Shown here: positions 1 to 8,628 of the stretch, piece by piece
Position numbering within the stretch: position 1 is the first letter of the stretch
Layout of the letters: every line of letters starts with the position of its first letter
Assembly (NCBI GenBank): GCA_005882955.1
Contig: VBBB01000067.1
Location: 1,745 to 31,223, forward strand
Length of the DNA: 29,479 nucleotides
Reading direction: 5' to 3'
From: Candidatus Bathyarchaeota archaeon
GTDB lineage: Archaea; Thermoproteota; Bathyarchaeia; 40CM-2-53-6
Position numbers and translations under genes: made by a program
The notes under the pieces: model-generated
Seen by the model: the letters and a program-made list of their open reading frames with translations, nothing else
Database searches by the model: none
Told to the model about the DNA's origin: nothing

Positions 1-747
1 TACCAGACCAGGGAACTGTCGGCCTTTCACTTCGGCTTCAACCTCCTTCTTTCCAACAATTATTCCTCCCTGTGGACCGAACAGGCTTTTGTGAGTTGAT
101 CCCAGTAAGAGTTCCGCGCCTTCCTGAAGCGGCCTCTGGAACTCGCCTCCGGCAATCAATCCAAGCACGTGGGAGCCATCGTAGACTACCCGAGATCCTG
201 CCGTGTTGCAGGCTTCTGCGAGCTCCTTGACTGGATGTGGGAATAGGAAGAAGGATTGGCCGAAGACGACGAGTGAGGGCTTCTCATCTTCTATCAACCC
301 GCGAGCCTTTTCTGTATCAATGTTCATCCGTTCTGAATCGAATGGAAAATACAGATTCCGAACATTCACGAATGTTGGATATCCAGCTTGATCGCTTAGA
401 CCTGGATAGCCTCCATCTGCGGGACTAACTGTTAGAATAGAACCGCCTGGTTTGGCGAGGGTGGAGACCATGATCATATCAGCCATGTGTCCTGAGAGTG
501 GCCGGAGCGTGGCCCAGTCGGCACCGAAAACCTCGCACGCTATTTTCTCTCCAAAGGATTCGAGTTCGTCCATGAACTTGGTCCCCCGATACCGATGCCC
601 CATATCGCCTGAGAGAAGCTGTCTAACAGTATGACTCGTCACGTTCTCAGAAGGAATCAGATTCAGGCATTCTTCAGCCCGCCACTTCTGATGCTTGCCT
701 ACTATCTTCCGGATCTGAGAAGCGTAGGACGTTGAGGAAAACTCCAG
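1..747 (-). CDS. glyA: Serine hydroxymethyltransferase (3' end outside window; not in ORF track)
   Basis: Manual translation: (M)EFSSTSYASQIRKIVGKHQKWRAEECLNLIPSENV...LRPLSGHMA...VYDGSHVLGLIAGG...LLGSTHKSLFGPQGGII. It contains the LIPSEN motif and the PLP-lysine motif STHKS. The only plausible start is CTG at 747, 6 nt after the rps11 stop. Confidence 0.93.
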   Translation of the reverse strand, partial: MEFSSTSYASQIRKIVGKHQKWRAEECLNLIPSENVTSHTVRQLLSGDMGHRYRGTKFMDELESFGEKIACEVFGADWATLRPLSGHMADMIMVSTLAKPGGSILTVSPADGGYPGLSDQAGYPTFVNVRNLYFPFDSERMNIDTEKARGLIEDEKPSLVVFGQSFFLFPHPVKELAEACNTAGSRVVYDGSHVLGLIAGGEFQRPLQEGAELLLGSTHKSLFGPQGGIIVGKKEVEAEVKGRQFPGLV

Positions 748-753
748 GGGAGG

Positions 754-1161
754 CTAGACGCGTCGGCCGCGTCGGCCACCAGGTCGACGTGTCCCGTCGT
801 GTGGAACAGGAGTGACATCCTCAATTCTGCCGATCCGGAATCCGTGACGAGCCAACATTCTGATCGCGGCCTGGGCGCCGGGACCAGGAGTTCGGGCTCC
901 ATGACCTCCAGGCGCACGGACACGAATATGGAGAGAGGTTATCCCCTTGTCTTTCGCAACCTTTGCTGCAGCCGCAGCTGCCTGCATCGCAGCGTAAGGG
1001 GTCCCTTGCAATCGATCAGCCTTCACATGCTGACCTCCTGCACTACGAGAAATCGTCTCTGCACCAGTCAAATCGGTAATGTGAACCATGGTGTTGTTGA
1101 AGCTTGAGTAGATGTGGGCGATTCCCCAGTGGTCTGCCGGTTGCTTAGCCTTCTCCGCCAT
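754..1161 (-). CDS. rps11: 30S ribosomal protein uS11
   Basis: [37 protein letters not shown] and [25 protein letters not shown] are hallmark archaeal uS11 motifs. Confidence 0.98.
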   Translation of the reverse strand: MAEKAKQPADHWGIAHIYSSFNNTMVHITDLTGAETISRSAGGQHVKADRLQGTPYAAMQAAAAAAKVAKDKGITSLHIRVRAPGGHGARTPGPGAQAAIRMLARHGFRIGRIEDVTPVPHDGTRRPGGRRGRRV

Positions 1162-1202
1162 GATCTCGACTATCCGAGAAGTCTCGGCGGTCGGCCCGCG
1201 AA

Positions 1203-1208
1203 TTTAAA
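1203..1208. promoter_or_regulatory. Palindromic TATA box (TTTAAA), probably shared by divergent rps11 and polB
   Basis: It is the only AT-rich box in the 64-nt divergent gap. It reads the same on both strands, 18 nt before the polB GTG and about 42 nt before the rps11 ATG. Confidence 0.55.
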
Positions 1209-1225
1209 CCCTTAGACAGGAAACG

Positions 1226-2185
1226 GTGACCAGGACAATGCGACGAACCTTCTGGCTGCTTGACCTCAATCATGCGATCTACGAGGCACAATCGTCAATC
1301 TGGCTCTGGGGCATCACCCATGAAGGAAAACGAGTCCTCGTCATTGACAGCAACTACCGAGCCTACTTCTACCTCCTACCGAAAAAGGAGCAGGACCCGG
1401 AAGAGCTTAGGAAAAAGCTGGAAGCAGAAAAACCTCATGCCACTATCGAAAATGCAACAATTGAGAAGAAGAAACTGCTAGCCGACGAACGAGTCGTCCT
1501 CAAGGTGTTCTGCAAGGACCCAGACTTTCTGGAGAAGGCTGCACGAGAAACCCTGAAAAAAACTGGTGCTGAAGCAATCTACGAAGAGAAGCTCCGACTG
1601 GCAATCAAGTACCAGTACGATCACGGAATCAATCCTTGCCAGTGGTATGAGGCGGATACCACCTCGTCAACGATAGACCCAAAGAAGTTCAATGTCCAAG
1701 AAACTCTGACAGCAACAGACCATCCACGCGCCATCACGAAAGAGGAACCGCCTAGCCTAGTTCACTTCTCATTCTCAACCCTGTCAGTCAGTAAGATAGG
1801 TGCACCCAGCGCAATAAGAGACCCAATCCAGATCATCAGTTGGAGAACAAACAAGAATGCGAACGAAGTTCTTCTGACTCACGACAATTCGGATCAAGCC
1901 ACAATCGAGAAGTTCGGCGAAGACGTCATTAAGATCAATCCAGACTTTGTTCTGAGCTTCGAAGGAAACAGTATCCAATGGCCCTATCTTGTGAAGAGGG
2001 CTAACAAGACCAAGACTCCTCTCAGAGTCGGCCGAGATGAGGGTCCGCCACATCAGAGCCTCTACGGGCACTACTCGCTGATCGGACGAGCGAACGTTGA
2101 CCTTCTCAATTTCGCCGAGGATCTGTACGAGGTCAAGAACAAGACAATTGAAGACCTCGCAAAATACCTTGGAATCAAATTATAA
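1226..2185 (+). CDS. polB: Family B DNA polymerase (PolB3-like), N-terminal and degenerate exonuclease part; frameshifted from the downstream part
   Basis: FWLLDLNH...IWLWGITHEGKRVLVID...YFY, PCQWYE, WPYLVKRA and GRANVDL follow the archaeal PolB3 N-terminal/exonuclease layout. Homologous coding continues in another frame from about 2180 (IKPIDETAYFDYW). Confidence 0.85.
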   Translation: MTRTMRRTFWLLDLNHAIYEAQSSIWLWGITHEGKRVLVIDSNYRAYFYLLPKKEQDPEELRKKLEAEKPHATIENATIEKKKLLADERVVLKVFCKDPDFLEKAARETLKKTGAEAIYEEKLRLAIKYQYDHGINPCQWYEADTTSSTIDPKKFNVQETLTATDHPRAITKEEPPSLVHFSFSTLSVSKIGAPSAIRDPIQIISWRTNKNANEVLLTHDNSDQATIEKFGEDVIKINPDFVLSFEGNSIQWPYLVKRANKTKTPLRVGRDEGPPHQSLYGHYSLIGRANVDLLNFAEDLYEVKNKTIEDLAKYLGIKL

Positions 2186-2256
2186 AGCCTATCGATGAGA
2201 CAGCTTACTTCGACTACTGGTCAAAACAAGACCAGAGAAAAATCTTACTCAAACAT

Positions 2257-3600
2257 ATGGAAGAACAGACCGAAACCATCCTCAAGATCGGAGAGGAAGC
2301 AATCGACTATGTCATACAGATATCCGCTCTCTCAGCATTACCTCCTGACCAAGTGATAGCCGCGGCCGTAGGATTCCGAGTCGACAACTACCTAATGATG
2401 GAGACCCATAATCTTGGCCAGCTAATACCTTCTAGAACCGAACAGCCCATCATTCCATACAAGGGAGCAATTGTCCTCGAGCCGAAGGTTGGGCTACACG
2501 ACAACGTGGCCAGTCTCGACTTCTCGTCTATGTATCCAAGCTTGATGATCAAGTACAACATTTCTCCTGACACACTTATCACCGGGAAAGAGACTGAGGA
2601 TATCTTCGAAGTCCCCGAGGTCAAACACCGATTCAGAAAGAACCCCTCCGGGTTCTACAGAATAGTTCTCACAAAACTCATCGAAGCCCGCAAGACTACC
2701 AAGGCCGAGCTCAAGCGCACAGCCAAGGGCGATTCGAGATATCCTCTACTAAAGGCTCGTGAGAAGGCCGTCAAAGTCATGACGAACGCTGTCTACGGCT
2801 ACGCGGGCTGGGCTGGGGCACGTTGGTATTCGAAGGAGGTCGCGGAATCAGCCGCCGCCTTAGGAAGGGAGACAATCAACCGCGCGATATCGCTCGCGAA
2901 GAGCCTCGGACTCACCGTCTTCTACGGCGATACGGACAGTCTCTTCGTGAACTACGATGAAAAACTTGTCCAAAAGTTTCAGGCTGAGATCGATCGACAG
3001 CTCGGGCTCGAAATCAACCTATCCGAAGTCTACAAGAGAATACTCTTCACAGAGGCCAAGAAAAAATACGCGGGCCTTAGAACCGACGGACAGATCGACA
3101 TCGTAGGTCTCGAGGCAGTCAGAGGGGACTGGTCCAACCTAGCCCGGGACATACAGAACACGGTTCTGGGAATGGTCTTAGAAGACGCCAACCCGTCCAG
3201 AGCCACAGCCTACGTTCAAGACTTGACGAAGAATCTCAAATCGAAGAACCTTCGATTATCATCGTTCATCATATGGAAGACTCTGACAAAGCCCGTCGAA
3301 GCATACGAAGTGAATGCTCCACATGTGGAAGTTGCGAAGAAGATGGCGAAAGACGGCTGGCCGGTTACGGCCGGAGACAAAGTCGGCTTCGTGATAACGA
3401 AGAGAACTGGGAAATTGTTTCAGAAGGCGGAGCCTCACTATAAGGTGACAATTGAGGATGTCGACTACGACTATTATGTTCGGAATCAGATTGTGCCGGC
3501 TGCGGCCCGTATCCTCGAAATTCTCGGTGTCTCAGAGGAGCAGTTACTAGCGGCTCCCGTTTCTCAAACTAGTCTCTCAGTTGGGACCAAACGAGGATAA
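2257..3600 (+). CDS. polB: Family B DNA polymerase, catalytic palm/fingers/thumb part (this frame is open from at least 2161)
   Basis: Motif A SLDFSSMYPS, motif B KVMTNAVYGY, motif C YGDTDS, plus KKKYAG and GLEAVRGDWS. Confidence 0.95.
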   Translation: MEEQTETILKIGEEAIDYVIQISALSALPPDQVIAAAVGFRVDNYLMMETHNLGQLIPSRTEQPIIPYKGAIVLEPKVGLHDNVASLDFSSMYPSLMIKYNISPDTLITGKETEDIFEVPEVKHRFRKNPSGFYRIVLTKLIEARKTTKAELKRTAKGDSRYPLLKAREKAVKVMTNAVYGYAGWAGARWYSKEVAESAAALGRETINRAISLAKSLGLTVFYGDTDSLFVNYDEKLVQKFQAEIDRQLGLEINLSEVYKRILFTEAKKKYAGLRTDGQIDIVGLEAVRGDWSNLARDIQNTVLGMVLEDANPSRATAYVQDLTKNLKSKNLRLSSFIIWKTLTKPVEAYEVNAPHVEVAKKMAKDGWPVTAGDKVGFVITKRTGKLFQKAEPHYKVTIEDVDYDYYVRNQIVPAAARILEILGVSEEQLLAAPVSQTSLSVGTKRG

Positions 3601-4857
3601 GTCGCTGAGCGTTAGAACACTAACGTTAGCTGGCTTTTTCGCCCCGTCTGATACCCGATCTCCAATCACGTATTTTATGCCCTTTCCCGCTGCGATGTCC
3701 AGAAGTCTCTGCGTGACCACGCCGTCAAAGAGAACAAGGTGAGAGTTTTCAAGGCTCGGTATCTTCTCCGCAAGCTCACTTACCGGCATCTTAGACAATT
3801 CCTTACCTGCCTCGTCGAACACTACGGCCTCCAAGGTTCCCCGGAGGTCTTTTGCGGCGTCGAAGACTGGTAGAGGTAAGTTCGGCTTTTCGACCGGAGT
3901 AGCAGCACGAACGGTGATCTCAGGTGGACCGTAACCCTGTTCTCTTGGGCCATAGGCTCGCTCGGTATAGGATTTCTCTTGGTAAGGACGTTCGGTTCTT
4001 TCGGGTCTAGATGCAAATTGTGGTCTCTCTATGGGCTTTGCCATGTTTAGCGGCACGCGTTCGCGTAGGGCTCTCATGACCTCTTTGGGTGTGAGTTCTT
4101 CCACTTCTTTCCCGAATGGAGCACGAGCCACATAGTCGATCTCCGCAACCTGCGTGAGTTCCTTAAGGATCAGATCGCCTGCTCTGTCTCCGTCTAGGAA
4201 CGCTGTGACTTCTCGGTCCTTGGTGAGCTTGATGACTGTCTCTGGAACTTTGGTGCCATTGAGTGCGATTACGTTCTTGATGCCGACCTTCATGAGAAGA
4301 ATGACGTCCGCTCGGCCTTCTACGACTATGATGTCTCCTCTCTCAGCCTCGGGTCCAGCCGGGAGTTTTTCGGGTCCGTATTCAATGACATCGACTCCGC
4401 GTAGGGATCCTGCAACTTCCTTCACGACCTCTTCGGTGCTGGGTGAGGATTCTACGACCCATTTTCGGAGAATGTCCTTGGCTTTGGTCAGTATTGCCTT
4501 GCGTTTTTCCTCTCGGACATCCTCTACCTTCTCGAGGCTGATCTTTGCTTCGCAGGGTCCAATGCGGTCAACGCTCTCAATTGCAGCGGCGATGATGGCC
4601 GTTGAGACTTTGTCGAGGCTTGACGGGATTACTATTGAGCCCGCTGTCTTGTCATGTTTGGAGTCTAGATTAATTTCGATCCGGCCTATACGTCCGGATT
4701 TTTGTAATTCTCTAAGATCAAGGTCTGGGCCGAAGAGCCCCTCTGTCTGGCCGAAAACGGCACCGACTACGTCAGGCTTCTCTACGACGCCTTGGACATC
4801 GAATTTTGCTTTTACAATATATTTTGTTGTCGAAGCGTACTGCGACGGTTCAACCAT
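3577..4857 (-). CDS. dnaG: Archaeal DnaG-type primase / exosome-associated DnaG
   Basis: GVVEKPDVVGAVFGQTEGL, LRELQKSGRIGRI, TOPRIM motifs IVVEGRADV and FLDGDRAG. A GGAGG SD-like sequence lies at 4868-4872 on the minus strand. Confidence 0.96.
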   Translation of the reverse strand: MVEPSQYASTTKYIVKAKFDVQGVVEKPDVVGAVFGQTEGLFGPDLDLRELQKSGRIGRIEINLDSKHDKTAGSIVIPSSLDKVSTAIIAAAIESVDRIGPCEAKISLEKVEDVREEKRKAILTKAKDILRKWVVESSPSTEEVVKEVAGSLRGVDVIEYGPEKLPAGPEAERGDIIVVEGRADVILLMKVGIKNVIALNGTKVPETVIKLTKDREVTAFLDGDRAGDLILKELTQVAEIDYVARAPFGKEVEELTPKEVMRALRERVPLNMAKPIERPQFASRPERTERPYQEKSYTERAYGPREQGYGPPEITVRAATPVEKPNLPLPVFDAAKDLRGTLEAVVFDEAGKELSKMPVSELAEKIPSLENSHLVLFDGVVTQRLLDIAAGKGIKYVIGDRVSDGAKKPANVSVLTLSDLSSFGPN

Positions 4858-4939
4858 GAAAATTTAACCTCCATAATTCACTGACCTTCCTTAATTCCTC
4901 ACTATACTTGTTAAGCTGAAAGCTTACCTTTCTAATCGG

Positions 4940-4959
4940 CGGGCTAGTATTAAAGCCCG
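4940..4959. promoter_or_regulatory. Inverted repeat CGGGCT-N8-AGCCCG enclosing a TATA-like box in the dnaG/gap divergent region
   Basis: Sequence CGGGCT AGTATTAA AGCCCG: perfect 6-bp arms around an AT-rich core. Confidence 0.4.
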
Positions 4960-5034
4960 TCTCCAGACTCAGGATTCTACCCGTTAGGGCTAAAAGAGAG
5001 CCGTATCGATCTCTTTCTCAAGAGAATCATCAAA

Positions 5035-6072
5035 ATGCCCAAAGCCGCAGCCAAGGTAGGAGTAAACGGATTCGGAGTCATCGGAAAACGAGTCGCCGAC
5101 GCTGTCTCGAAACAGAACGACATGAAACTTGTCGGAGTCTCTGATGTTGTTGGAGACTACCGCGTCAAGCTTGGTGAGATGAAAGGCTACCAGATCTACG
5201 CTTCAGTTCCAGAGAAACTGCCAGACATGAAAAAAGCTGGAGTTGAGGTTGCAGGGACACTTGAGGAGTTGTTGAGAAAGATCGACGTAATTGTTGATTG
5301 TACTCCAGCGGGATTGGGGGCAAAGAACAAGGTCATGTATGACAAGGCCGGCATCAAATCAATTTTCCAGGGTGGAGAAAAACATGAGCTGACTGGTTCA
5401 TCTTTTGTCGCCCAGTGTAATTATGAGGAGAATCTTAACCGCGGTGCGACGAGAGTGGTAAGTTGCAACACAACTGGGATTTGCAGAACTGTAGGAACGC
5501 TTCAGAATACGATTGGCGTCAAGAAAGCGCGGGTCGTCTTGTTCAGAAGGGGTACTGATCCCTGGGAGAGCCACAAGACGGGTCTCATTAATACGGTCGT
5601 CCCGGAAGCTCACATTCCCTCACACCAAGGTCCCGACGCTCAAACGATTATTCCGAAACTGAACATTACAACAATGGCCGCAAGGGGGCCCTTTAACCTC
5701 GGGCACTTGCATTTCGCAATGGTCCAGCTCAAAGGGGAGCCAGAGAAGAAGGATGTTCTGAAGGCCTTGAAGAGCGCGCCGAGGCTGGCGCCAGTCCGGA
5801 TCTCTGATGGAGTTGATAGTATGAATGCGGTGGCTGAGATGATGCGGGACCTTGGACGTGTGAGGGCTGACATGTGGGAGGTGGCCTACTGGGAAGACAT
5901 CCTCGACGTGACCGACGGCGAGGCAAACATGGTGTATCAAGTACACAATGAAAGCGTGGTCGTCCCAGAGAACGTCGACGCTGTAAGAGCGCTTACCGGA
6001 TTGGAGACTGAGGGAAGCAGATCCATTGCAAAAACCAACGAAGCCATGGGCATCGGCAACAAGTTCCTCTAA
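5035..6072 (+). CDS. gap: Glyceraldehyde-3-phosphate dehydrogenase, archaeal type II (phosphorylating)
   Basis: VGVNGFGVIGKRVADAV, DCTP, FQGGEK, catalytic VVSCNTTG, SHQGPD and HNESVVVPENVDAVRA. Confidence 0.97.
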   Translation: MPKAAAKVGVNGFGVIGKRVADAVSKQNDMKLVGVSDVVGDYRVKLGEMKGYQIYASVPEKLPDMKKAGVEVAGTLEELLRKIDVIVDCTPAGLGAKNKVMYDKAGIKSIFQGGEKHELTGSSFVAQCNYEENLNRGATRVVSCNTTGICRTVGTLQNTIGVKKARVVLFRRGTDPWESHKTGLINTVVPEAHIPSHQGPDAQTIIPKLNITTMAARGPFNLGHLHFAMVQLKGEPEKKDVLKALKSAPRLAPVRISDGVDSMNAVAEMMRDLGRVRADMWEVAYWEDILDVTDGEANMVYQVHNESVVVPENVDAVRALTGLETEGSRSIAKTNEAMGIGNKFL

Positions 6073-6144
6073 ACTACTCGTAGCAAATCCGGCTGGACCG
6101 GATGCGTCCGCGGGGTTTCAGCCCTAAGATGCGATGAGAATGCC

Positions 6145-6252
6145 TTGAAGTGGAGTGTAACGATAACCAGAATCCTGATTGGTCTGGCTTTCCCTTGGCT
6201 AATCTTTGTAGTGATCGACCTCATCTGGTTCTACTTCCATCCTTTTACATAG
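6145..6252 (+). CDS. Candidate 35-aa single-TM microprotein
   Basis: TTG start; MKWSVTITRILIGLAFPWLIFVVIDLIWFYFHPFT is strongly hydrophobic. It is below the ORF-track size cutoff. Confidence 0.35.
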   Translation: MKWSVTITRILIGLAFPWLIFVVIDLIWFYFHPFT

Positions 6253-6330
6253 AAAACCAGAATCAACACTGGATGGAACGACCAGTTTTCCACATTTGAA
6301 GGAATAAGCCGAATCTATCGAGAGATTGTA

Positions 6331-7743
6331 TTAGACGAAAACTAGGCCTTTGCCAGAATCGATCTCGAATGTCTCTGCGTCTACCTTTGCCGACTTTTGA
6401 TTGACCCTCTGCACCTTCAATTCCCGTTCGTTCGGATCCGAATCATCCTTCGACAAGTCAGCGAGACAGTCAGCCATGTCGGTCAAGGAGCTAGCCAAAT
6501 CCTTCGGCAGCTGGGACATGTCTACGGTGACGATGAGCGTCGCACCAGAGTCTTTGAGCTTGCTAGCAAGTTCGGTGAAGCTCTTGACGAAGTCTTTCTG
6601 CGGTATCTTCGTCGCTAGTTTGTCGATGGAGTCGAAGACGACTCTGATCCTCTCTCCCGTGAATACCTGACTGTTTCGGACCAGAGTATCCTGAATGTTT
6701 TCGAAGTTGAAAGGTTGGTCCAAGTAAGTTGCCTCCATACTGAACGTATCAGACTGGGACGCATAACCGTCAACGATGATGAACCGGTACTGAGATTCGT
6801 ATTGCGACGGATCAGATCCCAGTTTCTTTATCTGTTCGCGGAGAGTGGTGGGAGCTTGATCATAGGTCACATAGAGACATGGATCTCCCCTTTTCAGATA
6901 GTTGGCTGTGAGGCCTGAGCAGAGAGTTGTCTTGCCAGCTCCTGGTGGGCCGTTGATAATGACAAAGCCCGGACTCTCAAGGTTTCCTTGAGTCAATTCG
7001 AAAATGTGATCGAAACTTTGCGGGGTCTTTTTCGGCTTCTGAGGCGGAGTCTCCTTTGAGGGCTTGTCCGCTTTCGTAGGCTTATCCTGAGGCTTCTCAG
7101 TGGGCTGGTTTTGTTTCTGTTGAATCGGCGAAGGTGCAGTCGGAGGAATTGGCGAAGGTGGAGTAGTTGTAGCCTTTCCTGTTGGAACTTGGGTTCCAGG
7201 CGGATTAGCTGGTTTGATAGTGGGGGCACTTGGAATGCTCGGTGGTTGCTTGTTCGTGGAGGGCTTGCCCTGTTCCTCCCAGCCGCTCTCGTCGTCTTTC
7301 TGACCAATTACCATAGGTCTACTCGGGGGAGTGGCTCGTGGTTGGACGTATTCGGGAGTGCTCTCCCGCATTGGACTAAAGGTAGACCCGGTAGCTGTCG
7401 GGATGTCTTGGAGTAGCGATTGTAGGATTCTCGATAGAGAGGTTTCTTCCGAAGGGAATGACGCGTCGAGGGGAAGTTGTCTCGGCGTGGGTCCCTGCGC
7501 GGGTCCCGGGGTCATTTGTCTCATCGCTGGTGCCGGGGGCGGCGGAATTGGTTGGCTCATTACAGAACTCTGAGTTGGCCAGGTCGTAGGTTGATTCTGA
7601 GTGGTTATTGGGACAGGAGCCTGCGCTTGTACCGACCCGGGTGGCGTCGATCGTGTTTGAGAAGCTGCTTGACTAGCGTCTGTCCCAGTGTCTATCTGAA
7701 CACTGGGGTCGTCCTTCTTTTTCTTGCCGAATATGGTTAGCAT
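6331..7743 (-). CDS. KaiC/RAD55(RecA-superfamily)-like ATPase with a long Pro/Gln/Thr/Ser-rich disordered N-terminus
   Basis: Walker A GPPGAGKT, CLYVTYDQ, IIVDGY, Walker B VVFDS, TLIVT, and MADCLADL in the C-terminal ~230 aa. The ATG at 7743 (MLTIFGKKKK) is preferred over the TTG at 7881. Confidence 0.85.
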   Translation of the reverse strand: MLTIFGKKKKDDPSVQIDTGTDASQAASQTRSTPPGSVQAQAPVPITTQNQPTTWPTQSSVMSQPIPPPPAPAMRQMTPGPAQGPTPRQLPLDASFPSEETSLSRILQSLLQDIPTATGSTFSPMRESTPEYVQPRATPPSRPMVIGQKDDESGWEEQGKPSTNKQPPSIPSAPTIKPANPPGTQVPTGKATTTPPSPIPPTAPSPIQQKQNQPTEKPQDKPTKADKPSKETPPQKPKKTPQSFDHIFELTQGNLESPGFVIINGPPGAGKTTLCSGLTANYLKRGDPCLYVTYDQAPTTLREQIKKLGSDPSQYESQYRFIIVDGYASQSDTFSMEATYLDQPFNFENIQDTLVRNSQVFTGERIRVVFDSIDKLATKIPQKDFVKSFTELASKLKDSGATLIVTVDMSQLPKDLASSLTDMADCLADLSKDDSDPNERELKVQRVNQKSAKVDAETFEIDSGKGLVFV

Positions 7744-7931
7744 GTGATCAATCCGTTTCCTATTTGTGACCTTTCCACTTACAAGCGTCCTGAATGGTAA
7801 TCTTGAGCCGAGAGGAAGCAGAGCGCAATCTTGGATATGGATGCTGTTACTAACATGAACCTTCAGTGGAAACAATTGCACAACACGAAGCCGTCGGATG
7901 GCTGTGCGGCCTGCGATGAGGCAGTAGGGTG

Positions 7932-8492
7932 CTACTGCTTGACTTTCAATATGTCAGACTTTGTGAGTATCCCTATGGTGCTCTCTCCCTTGGTTACGAG
8001 GACTCCGTAGTTTCCTTGCAAGAGACCTAGAACCATCTCCAACGGCGTATCGTCATTGACAATTGGGAGAGGAGAGTCCATGATGTCCCGGACCCGGTTG
8101 TTGAGCAGTGATTCGAGCGGTTCTCCACGCGCGGCACGGTCTAGGATCGTCTTTTCGGAGATGCTTCCAACGCATCGGGTCCCATCGAACACTGGGAGTT
8201 GCGAGTAGCCTCGCTTTCTCATCAGATCCACAGCGTCTCGGACGAATTGAGTCTTGGAGACGGAGATGACGGGTTTGCTCATGATCTCGCTGACTCTGGG
8301 TCGCGAGGTCTGGATGCTCTCTTTCTCAAGCGCTTCAACTAGTCGCTTTGCTATCGAGTATGAGGGGTCAACTGTTCCGGATTCGATCTTTGCGATTATG
8401 GACTGGCTGACTCCCGCTAACTGCGCGAGTTTGGTCTGGGTTAGTCCCAGCGCCTTGCGTTTCTTCGGAATCTCGTCGAGGGGAGGCAGCAT
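7932..8492 (-). CDS. XRE-type HTH transcriptional regulator with tandem C-terminal CBS domains
   Basis: RKALGLTQTKLAQLAGVSQSIIAKIESG is an XRE/Cro HTH. IMSKPVISV...YSQLPV...GSISE and IMDSPLPIV...GILTKSDILK form the CBS pair. Confidence 0.93.
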   Translation of the reverse strand: MLPPLDEIPKKRKALGLTQTKLAQLAGVSQSIIAKIESGTVDPSYSIAKRLVEALEKESIQTSRPRVSEIMSKPVISVSKTQFVRDAVDLMRKRGYSQLPVFDGTRCVGSISEKTILDRAARGEPLESLLNNRVRDIMDSPLPIVNDDTPLEMVLGLLQGNYGVLVTKGESTIGILTKSDILKVKQ

Positions 8493-8524
8493 GATTGCCC
8501 AGGGTAGTAGCAGTAACTATCTGA

Positions 8525-8606
8525 TATTCCCTTCGGAATAGATTCCCGAACGAATATGTAATTCCTATAGGAATATCGGTACAACAGAACTTATATAATT
8601 GGAATA
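8525..8606. promoter_or_regulatory. Three tandem palindromic operators (ATTCC-N4-GGAATA), a half site, and the metE TATA box TTATATAA (8591-8598)
   Basis: TATTCCCTTCGGAATA 8525-8540, GATTCCCGAACGAATA 8541-8556, AATTCCTATAGGAATA 8560-8575, and half site GGAATA 8601-8606. Confidence 0.75.
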
Positions 8607-8628
8607 ATTGAAACTACAAGAATACGTC

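Noticed and set aside
745-756. rps11 and glyA are in the same frame separated by one TAG, suggesting amber readthrough or a pyrrolysine fusion
   Set aside because: uS11 ends at its normal C-terminus (GRRV). Same-frame adjacency has a 1-in-3 chance, and there is no Pyl machinery in the window.
1-757. Expected rpoD downstream of rps11
   Set aside because: The translation is clearly SHMT, not RpoD.
3577-3600. 24-nt tail-to-tail overlap of polB and dnaG as a replication module
   Set aside because: Short convergent overlaps are common, and archaeal DnaG acts mainly with the exosome.
4154-4867. Long antisense ORFs (e.g. 4154-4867, 26821-27375, 13962-14336)
   Set aside because: They lie opposite well-supported genes and have the Ser/Thr-rich composition typical of antisense shadows.
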